A DNA stretch of 64,000 nt from Babesia bigemina (taxonomy: Eukaryota), in contig NC_027216.1 in the NCBI RefSeq assembly GCF_000981445.1, positions 1,860,001-1,924,000 of the forward strand, in the 5' to 3' direction. Positions 1 through 8,466 of this stretch are shown here, one piece after another. The position numbers and the translations under genes were made by a program. Under the pieces are notes generated by a model, which searched no databases, was not told the DNA's origin, and saw only the letters and a program-made list of their open reading frames with translations. Within the stretch, counting starts at the first letter, position 1. Each line of letters begins with the position of its first letter.

Positions 1-162
1 AACCAGGTAGGTTGTCGCCGGAAGCGTTTACAAAATTTTAGGTCACAGTCGAGGCGCAACCGGTCATCACTACCGGCCAGAGTAGGTCAAGCGGTCGAAC
101 CGATTATTCCGCGCAGTCCACCGAGTACCGGCTTACAAAGATCTTCGCACGGTCATATACAT

Positions 163-1488
163 ATGGGGGGGTACGTGTCTACTGGCCGAGTCATGCAATT
201 GTTTGCTGCAGATAGCCCGGCAGCGAACCCTGCCGACAAGTCCCATGCCAAGGCCGATTGGGAGCCGACCATATACCGCCAGTTACCGGACATCCGTATC
301 GCAAGTGTGTCATGTGGGCCGTCGTATATGATGCTCTTGTCGAGCTGCCATCGGCTGTTCGCGTTGGGCCGGGGTGATTACGGGCAGCTCGGTCTTGGCG
401 CCTCGCTACGGCGCGTTACCGTGCCCACGCCAATATCGGACATACCCACAGTTACAGAGGTTGTGTGTGGTGAGTACCATTGCGTGGCCATCGCGTCTGG
501 AGGGAGCCTGTTTACCTGGGGGCGCAACGACGTGGCGGGCCATCAGGAGGGGTTCACCACCAGCAGCCCCAAGGAGCTTGTTTTCATGGGAAGCAAAACA
601 AAGTGCCGGTCGGTGAGCGTGAACCAGACGCTTACAGTTTGTGCGTGCGACGCCGGCACGTCGCTGTACCACTGGGGGTTCTCCTTCTCTGGGGAGAAGA
701 TCCAGCGGCCGCAGCTGTTCTACACATTCGACCAAGCGCGCATACGCCAAGTGGCATTGGGAAAGAGCTTCGGCTTGGCGGTGTCAGATACAGGGACCGT
801 GTACGGCTGGGGTGATCGCACATACGGCGAACTACTGGGCCTCGGCAAAAAGCATGAGTCGTCATATTTCATGCTTCCCACACTCCTGAAGCTCCGCCAT
901 GTCCACAGCGTCGTCAGCGTTGCAACTGGCGACCGTCATGCACTGCTGCTCGACGAGAGTGGAAAGGTGTGGTCGATGGGAGAAAATATGTATGGACAGT
1001 GCGGCGTTCCACCGTGTCACCATTCGTCACTGCTGCAGATCGACTTTTCGGACTCGTCGTTCCCAGTCAGCAAAATCGCATGCGGGCCCAGACACTCGGC
1101 GTGTATAAACTCGGGAAACCAGCTCTTTACTTGGGGCAACTCGGCGGGCCACAAGCTCATCTTCACATCATCCGTTGACATGTTGGTACAGCAACAACGC
1201 CAGCCGGGAGTGTCGGCGTATTCTGGCCTCAAGAACTGCTGCAGCCACCCGCAGTTGATCTACGCTCTGCTGCACGAGAAGGTGGCGTGCCTGGGACTTG
1301 CAGCGGGGTACACGGTCGTCGTTACAGGAGAGGGTATCGTCCCCAGTGAGGAACTGCCCCCGACGGTTGTCCTAGTTCCTGACGCAGAAGAAATGCCGAG
1401 CATTGAAGGCACGCCCCGTATTAGAGAAACTCCAACTAACGAAGAAGGTTCCGGTGAGGCGTACTTCCCGATACAGCTGTTCAAGTGA
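163..1488 (+). CDS. RCC1/BLIP-II repeat beta-propeller protein (5' end probably upstream of or outside the window)
   Basis: Repeated RCC1 motifs (FALGRGDYGQLG, VVCGEYHCVA..LFTWG, VATGDRHALLL..VWSMGENMYGQCG, IACGPRHSAC..LFTWG). The frame stays open back to position 1 and there is an intron-like GTAGG..TTTTAG at 7-41. Confidence 0.85.
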   Translation: MGGYVSTGRVMQLFAADSPAANPADKSHAKADWEPTIYRQLPDIRIASVSCGPSYMMLLSSCHRLFALGRGDYGQLGLGASLRRVTVPTPISDIPTVTEVVCGEYHCVAIASGGSLFTWGRNDVAGHQEGFTTSSPKELVFMGSKTKCRSVSVNQTLTVCACDAGTSLYHWGFSFSGEKIQRPQLFYTFDQARIRQVALGKSFGLAVSDTGTVYGWGDRTYGELLGLGKKHESSYFMLPTLLKLRHVHSVVSVATGDRHALLLDESGKVWSMGENMYGQCGVPPCHHSSLLQIDFSDSSFPVSKIACGPRHSACINSGNQLFTWGNSAGHKLIFTSSVDMLVQQQRQPGVSAYSGLKNCCSHPQLIYALLHEKVACLGLAAGYTVVVTGEGIVPSEELPPTVVLVPDAEEMPSIEGTPRIRETPTNEEGSGEAYFPIQLFK

Positions 1489-2553
1489 TGGTCTTCAACG
1501 TGCGGCACCGTCATAAATATCGATATGCTTATTGGATATTTCGCCAACGACGCCGCTTAGAGCTGATCAACTGCAACATGTGGTGCTGGTGAAGTGTACG
1601 CTGCGTTAAACAACGGTCATTTGTGCTCAACGTGCACTTTACGCTTGGTAGCACGTAACAACAATCTTGTAATGTTTCTACTTTATCTGTATAGATGTAA
1701 GATGCTAGTTAAATCTATAGCGATGTAAATGTTGTATGCTGACTCACCGGAACGTAACAGCTGGGCGAAACTCTCACGGTCCAATCGTTCGTTAGCTGTC
1801 CCACGTTTGAGGGGTTCGATCACTCATCAAAAGATGCGAGATTAAAAGTTGCGAAATATGGACGGGATTTAAGACTACCACATCAAGTAGACACAGTCCA
1901 TACGCCACGGCATGTACAGAGCGCAAGCTATAGGAAGTATTATTACAGTGGTACTAACTACGTATCCCCAAAGGTCCACACAACTTCAGCAGTGAGGTGT
2001 AAGCCAATCACACGCATGTCTAACTATTACGACCTAAGAATGTGATGTGCAGCAGAAGCGGTTCGACGTCATGAAGGTGTACGATTTAGTAGACAACGAT
2101 AATGTGAGACATGTGGCCGACACGTTTCGGTCTTAACAATAGCAATTCGCCTTCATCCATCCAACTTCTGTTAAAACAGTGGCACGTTCGTGATAAAGGT
2201 AGTATATAATCAGTCTAGTTGCGAAGACATGGGTCGATGCCAAAATAGTGATTGGCCATTAACCAATAGGACCAATGTGATCCAGTAATAGATTGAGACA
2301 TACTATAGATAACACTTAGTTGATGAACACATTGCACGCTGTCTAAAGGAATTTAAGGTATAATTGGGAATAGATGCATAAACAATGTAAAGGAAATTGG
2401 CATAACCATATCATGCCTGCACTCTGCATACCATGGCTTTTCAAATGTTCATTTTGATTCGACACCCTATATGTAGTTCAATTATGATGCCATATTGACA
2501 CCGGATGTGACATAATTAGAGGCATTCTATGTGAACTGGGATAGGCTATGAGA

Positions 2554-2727
2554 TTATTGGAGTTTAGGCTTGGAGTCACGGAATCCATCACGTAGTCTCG
2601 CGAAAAATTCTCCAAGGCTTACGTTATAAACTTGACCCATGATGTAAATGACCAATACAGGGAGGGCTATTATGGCAATGACGCCAATAATGCCACCAAC
2701 ATAATGCTTTGCGTCATCCCAAGTCAT
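2554..2727 (-). CDS. 57-aa single-TM microprotein, cassette copy 1 (MTWDDAKHYVGGIIGVIAIIALPVLVIYIMGQVYNVSLGEFFARLRDGFRDSKPKLQ)
   Basis: Translated by hand, below the ORF-track cutoff. The paralog at 27274-27447 has the same length, start and stop, with a ~20-aa hydrophobic segment and an identical RDGFRDSKPKLQ end. Confidence 0.75.
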   Translation of the reverse strand: MTWDDAKHYVGGIIGVIAIIALPVLVIYIMGQVYNVSLGEFFARLRDGFRDSKPKLQ

Positions 2728-4343
2728 CTTCTACAAAACACAATTGCAAATCACCCCTGCACAGCAACGCAAAACGTACCTCCGACCTCGAACACCCTCA
2801 GCCAACTGACAAGGTACAGTGCCCATATCGACACATCTGGCATGCCATCCGCATTGTGCTGGGGTTAGGGTTATTCCCGATCTCACAACCTTTGCATGGT
2901 GTGAACCCACAGAATTTCTGAGTGCATATATGAGGCATATGGACATCATAACTCAGATAACAAGGGGTGAAGCCGTCCAAAATACAAGATTGTTTTTTCA
3001 ATATCACCGACAAGTGCTTGCGTGCCACACTCTAACTGCTCCACCGCATGTCTTGGCGATCTGCCATTGACTATGACGATGTTAGTTGCCACATGTAATC
3101 GCATCCTGAAATGGCGCTTCTCTGTGGCGTGCCCTACCACCAAAGGCGGGGAGTCTTAGAATTATGCGTTACCCTACCGTTTACCTAAGCAGTAACACGT
3201 CATCCATTCAGATGAAAAATAGGTTACTATATCACCTAATATTGCACTCGTCACCTACTGCCGTGTATAGCCAAGCACCTGATTGGCACGGTGCGGAGCT
3301 ACTACTTAATCGCTCCATGATACCTACAACTCAGGCGCCGTATTGCAATGTAAATGCTCAGATGATTAACTCATATGTTGCTCGTATGTTATGTATTTGA
3401 TGCTGTTCTATATTCGTAGTGCCGTTGTAGGATCTGCCTTGTAATAAATTTGGAACCTAAAAGAAATCGTAGCAGCCGGGCGACTTTCTCATCCTCATAT
3501 ACGAGCGCTAAAACAGTCATGGGTGCAATGCCTTATACGAGGCAAAGTTATATGAAATCGGTAAATGGCAAATGATACTGCGTTGCGATATTGAAATTGT
3601 ATCTGAGCTGCTTAAGGATGCAAGTTATCCTTGTAAGGGAACGCTCAAAGGCGATCAATGTCAATATCGCAGTAAACCCTTTCACCAGTGATATAATTCG
3701 TGGATGAAACAGAAATCAGGGGTGGCTCGTCAAATACACCTCATAGTTTATAAACCAACATCAGTACTCCTTCAGTAAACACAACCCAACCAAAAGAGGA
3801 TGGTTAGGAGCACAAATATTTGGACTGGTAACGCACCAGCTGCGAATCACGTCATTACAGCCACTACCATAATCACGAGAGACAATTCATGTCTTGTACT
3901 GTTTCTAACCTTGTGCCAGCGCAACGCACACGAGTCGACATTACATTTATTACTGTCGTCACTTTCAGCATGATTAGTCACCAGAGGTCTTAAAGCAACT
4001 GTTTAAATTGTAAGACAGATATAAACTACACAGTTAAGAACAAACAGCGTTCGTCTAGTATTCAGCAGCTTTTATGGCGATTTGAAGCATTACACAATTC
4101 GTTCTGCGGCAATGGCAAGCATCAACATGAGTTTCGTGAAATCATTTGAGGTTTTAATCAGGTACCTTGCATAAATCATTTTCACTTGGTTGCAGTTGCG
4201 ATCATTAACCGATGTCCGGTGTCTATCCAGAACCGCTGCCATTACACCGTGAGTGTAAACCGAGCGTATCATTAAACGTATGTGATAATACAAGTAGATT
4301 ACAATGCGATGTTATTGATAGGACTGCCAACGCAATGAATTAG

Positions 4344-4802
4344 TTATGAAAGGTTTTTGCTTCCAAGTCCGGAGTAAGTCGTAGTGTACCCGGTCCACTC
4401 GTAGACCGCTTTGGGTATGATGTAAGCCGATGACTTTGTCTTATAGAGGTAGACAGCAAAGCCGAATAATATTGCGAATAAAATAACGCCGAATAAACAA
4501 CAAAGCATTGGCGTCCTGCTCTTATTACAACCTTCACATGGGCAAACCCAATTATTACAACCTTTATACCCAAAAGGTGAGCGTTTAATTTGTTTGGAGC
4601 GACATATCAAGCACCATGAGGAGTTCTTGCATTCGTCACAACACCAGGGGCAGCATTGACAAAATAGCCTATTACCTGTATCTAAACACGTACAAGGACA
4701 ACATTTACATTGTTGTTCTTTTTTGCAACTATTCCCCACGCAACACTGATTCTTTGTAGTCTTACAGTTTCCTTGTGTACATCCACACGTCTCTCCAGAC
4801 AT
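4344..4802 (-). CDS. Small Cys-rich single-TM protein, copy 1 (152 aa from the ATG at 4802)
   Basis: About 25 Cys in the N-terminal ~100 aa, TM LFGVILFAILFGFAVYLY, tail nearly identical to the paralog at 28202-28600. The ATG at 4802 aligns with the paralog ATG (GAGGGGAAAATG vs GAGGGAAAGATG). An alternative ATG lies at 4817. Confidence 0.85.
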   Translation of the reverse strand: MSGETCGCTQGNCKTTKNQCCVGNSCKKEQQCKCCPCTCLDTGNRLFCQCCPWCCDECKNSSWCLICRSKQIKRSPFGYKGCNNWVCPCEGCNKSRTPMLCCLFGVILFAILFGFAVYLYKTKSSAYIIPKAVYEWTGYTTTYSGLGSKNLS

Positions 4803-7320
4803 TTTCCCTCGATGCATGTATCAACCAAGCTTCTCAACAAAGGAAAACAAAATCAGATACCTGTGCCACCTATTATGGAATATCCTTGTTACAGCATCAC
4901 ATATCTAGACAGCAGTGCGTTTTGATATAGTATTTGCAGCGTGTCATTGTCCAAAACCTTGAGTGCTCCCCAATAGCCTGTGTTGAATACGCATGGCACA
5001 GTGGGTAAGTGTGGAACACCACAGACTTCATTGCATCTATTGTTTATGAAAGTTAGTTATATCGCACAATATTTAATATGGTAATATGTTCTGTTGTAAT
5101 CCGTAACCCTAGTCTCCATTACTCTACTTCAACTGAGTCACGCGAGGTGAGGAATGTAGACACTGCGTAATGTAGATGCTGAATAATACGATCATGCTGC
5201 TATACGCTATTAATAGAGCATGAATTCACAGAGTGATCAGTGAGACTAATTAGTAGTCCGTTGGAACATGCGTTGATGACCATCTCATAAGTCTGGGATT
5301 AAACTTCACGCTGAAGGCTGACACTTTTCGTGTCTTTCCAAATATTAGTCTTCCAACAACAATATGGTCTGCAACCAATATCACAAGATGTGTATTTTAC
5401 GCACCTAGTCTCTTTCTTGGTGTTATTTTGTGTATTGATGACCTATCCTGGGGGTTATTTCGCTCATGATGGCCAACTGGTTTCCTCTGTTGGCACCATA
5501 GAAAATCACATAATCGATTGAACTATACGACGCTTACGTGCATTATCAGAGCAAGCATTTTCGGGTTCAAAAATATTTTTAAGATTCTTCTCTTAGGCCG
5601 CGTCATCAATCAACTCGCTCACCTTTATGATACAATTGATCAGTTGCCATATATCATCACTGATAGTACGCACAGTGTTATGCTCTTGTCACATAGCATC
5701 GGCCTTGTCAGTGGTTGTCAGTTTTCCCACCTCGATCTATAATGACAAGCAACCGTTGATGGAATAAGATTATGATAGTTTATGAAAAGTGTTGGCTGTC
5801 AAGTGATATGTCATTGTGATCTGGCTTGACAGTTTTACGGATAGAATCGTACTATTGTCTTATCTAACATTGGGTTGGGGAACAGTACTAGCTCCTTGTT
5901 AACAGTGCACCAGTTAAACCCCAGAGAGCTCTTGGACAATTCGGATTCTACTTATATTTAAGTTTCAGTGATCACCACACAGCAGACGTATACAAATATG
6001 TTCCTGTAGTCACATGGATTGTTCGCCAATTCTGCCACCGTGTTAGAAACACATCGACTATGGTGGGTGGTTTGCCTGGGGGAAAGCTATTTTTAGTATT
6101 AATTACTGCCAATTAGAACTCCCGAATATTATTATCACTTGGGTATATGTAATTCGTGTGTGAAACTGTTGAAAAATGATTTGTCGCATTAAATGCCCCC
6201 CCCAAACAGCCGGACTGAAAAGACACCTTAGAGGTGTGACCCACTCAGCGATGAGACATTCCATAATATGAGGCGCATTATCATAGGGCTTAAGATACAA
6301 TATGATTGTGATGTTGTCTCAAGTGAGAAATCGCATTACTCCTCTTCATCTGATCAGATTAACTAAACCCTGCTTCAAGCACTGTTGCCGCTGCTGTTGT
6401 GTGGAAACACGAATTGAGACGTTATAAATGACTCTAGCACTTCTCCAGACAGCAGATACCAATACATTACGAATGCCACCAAATGGCAAATAGCAGCGAT
6501 TTTACAATAGCGTAGTAACAATGTTCCGCATAAGACTGCAGCCACTGGTCAAACAATTTAAATGTTAAATAGTGGAGCATAATGCTTTAAAAATCACTGC
6601 ACTATGTCAACATTCTGTCAGGCATTTGGTCTTCATTGCTGTGCTAGTCTGTGCTGATCGTAGCAGATAGCTGATTGGTAACAAGGCATAAGCAGCTGCA
6701 TAACAAATGCGTCTATATTTTAATCGACCTTGCAAAGGCCGATATGAGCATTAATTTGAAACTGTGGTGTATCTTACGACACTGATGACATTGATGGCGA
6801 AAGAACGCAACCTCCGCTTTCCGTAACTGTTGACGTCAAGGTGATGTTATACATTGTATCTTCGAGGAGAGGTTTGGGATCTCTCGGCTGAATGACAGCA
6901 GGTATATATGATTATCGCCCGAACCCATATGCTCATAACAGATGTAGCTAAGATGGTGAGTAGACAGTTCACCATAATTACTCATCACATCATGTTGCCC
7001 CGCGCCACTTACAGGAGTTGGCGAGGTACACCAACTTACGTTTCACATTTCAGTTCTAAAAAGGAATATAATTAAAGCGATTATATAGTGAAACGAATAA
7101 GATTCTGCGTACGAAGCATAAGGGAAATTGCAGTGGTCCCCCTTACCAATAGTGCTATGCATGTTATACACAGGTTCGTGAAAGCACCTCAGATTCTACA
7201 CAATTTTACACATGAAACACAAATTGATGCACATTGCCATGAATTGCTGATGCGGTGACTGAGGAATTGCACAGCCAACTGTTACCGCCTTCTGGGCACG
7301 TTGTTGAGCGCTTTACAGGG

Positions 7321-8079
7321 ATGGCAGAAATGGCGGCGGAGTTAGCGGATGGGAAAACAGCAGAGAATACATGCTTTGGATGTAACAACCGATGGAGCGT
7401 AAGCGCAGAATACTTCTGCTGTATACCCGGTTGTCCGGGGTGTAAAAAAATAAAGTGCTCCACAAAAAACAGATGTCATTGCAACGTTTGCGACTGCGGG
7501 TGCCAGAATGATGATGCGGTCAGAGAAGGTAAAAAGCGTTGTTACGAGAGCACATCTAACGGTTGCGCCAAATGCAAGGAGATATGCAACACCGAAAAAG
7601 CGGGAAAAAGATGTATATGCTTCCTTTGCAACTGTGGATGCAATGGCGTGAATTGTGGCTGCTGTACTTGGTGTGATTTTAACGACTGTTCTGGAGTATG
7701 CAACCGAGAGGACAAACACAGCGTAAAGTGTAAGGAAAACAAACAGAGCGGAAGCAAAGACTATGAATCGGGCAAGTATTACTGTGACGAGCACTTAGGT
7801 GGCGATTGCCTCGGCAAAAATTGCAACACAATCTACTACACCACCGGCACCTGCCGCGCGAAGTGCCAGTACTGCGGCACATTATGCGGCCAACATGTGT
7901 TTTTCCTACAGTGCACCATAGGTGGCCCCGTCATTGGAATCATACTAGTCAACATCGTCGTCTGGTTGATGTGGCGTGACAAGGCGCTGAAGGCAGTAGA
8001 TAAGATGCGCCGCTCATTCGCCAACCGCCCCGGACTATTCAAAACACGCTGGATGGTACGGGGATCCATGAAACATTGA
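7321..8079 (+). CDS. Large Cys-rich single-TM protein, copy 1 (252 aa from the first ATG)
   Basis: About 36 Cys, TM GPVIGIILVNIVVWLMW, basic tail. The paralog at 30818-31573 keeps the frame. The track ORF begins at a GTG (7255), which is unlikely in a eukaryote. Confidence 0.88.
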   Translation: MAEMAAELADGKTAENTCFGCNNRWSVSAEYFCCIPGCPGCKKIKCSTKNRCHCNVCDCGCQNDDAVREGKKRCYESTSNGCAKCKEICNTEKAGKRCICFLCNCGCNGVNCGCCTWCDFNDCSGVCNREDKHSVKCKENKQSGSKDYESGKYYCDEHLGGDCLGKNCNTIYYTTGTCRAKCQYCGTLCGQHVFFLQCTIGGPVIGIILVNIVVWLMWRDKALKAVDKMRRSFANRPGLFKTRWMVRGSMKH

Positions 8080-8466
8080 AACGTAAACAAACGCTACTCC
8101 GATTCACGTACAAGGATAATGTAGCTTCACGTAGTCAACGCTTTCAATAGAGCAGAAACTGCCGTATTAATGTAGTACATTTCATATGCTCATATTGATG
8201 TCCATCAAATATTGCTTGTCAGACAATTGCAAACCACAGTGCATATCGATATGGCATCGCATCTCACTCAGTAAATCAAAGTGCATCAACTACGACAAGG
8301 TATCCACTACACTCAAGCCAATAATCAAATCATCAACCACACCCAACACTCCACTCCAGACCAACCAAACAACACAAACCCCATGCACATCACCACATAC
8401 AACCGACCCACCACAGGAAACACAAAGAACTCAAAATTAGGCGGAAGCCAAGTCGCCGTGTCCGAC

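Noticed and set aside
2798..3028. 76-aa Cys-containing ORF upstream of the microprotein
   Set aside because: It starts at GTG, and the homologous region in copy 2 has several in-frame stops.
5330..5742. Hydrophobic ORFs in the island 1 spacer as an MFS relic
   Set aside because: They have non-ATG starts and no recognisable similarity to the MFS at 24681-26301.
6799..6892. Short matches to rRNA words (AAGAACGCA, CCTCCGCTT, GGATCTCTCGGCT)
   Set aside because: They are only 9-13 nt, in the wrong order and mixed orientation. This is not an rRNA fragment.
7255..7320. GTG-initiated N-terminal extension of the large Cys-rich ORF (also the TTG/GTG starts at 12297, 28618, 30752)
   Set aside because: These are bacterial-style starts from the ORF caller. 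The segment looks intronic (it ends TTTACAG), so the first ATG was used instead.
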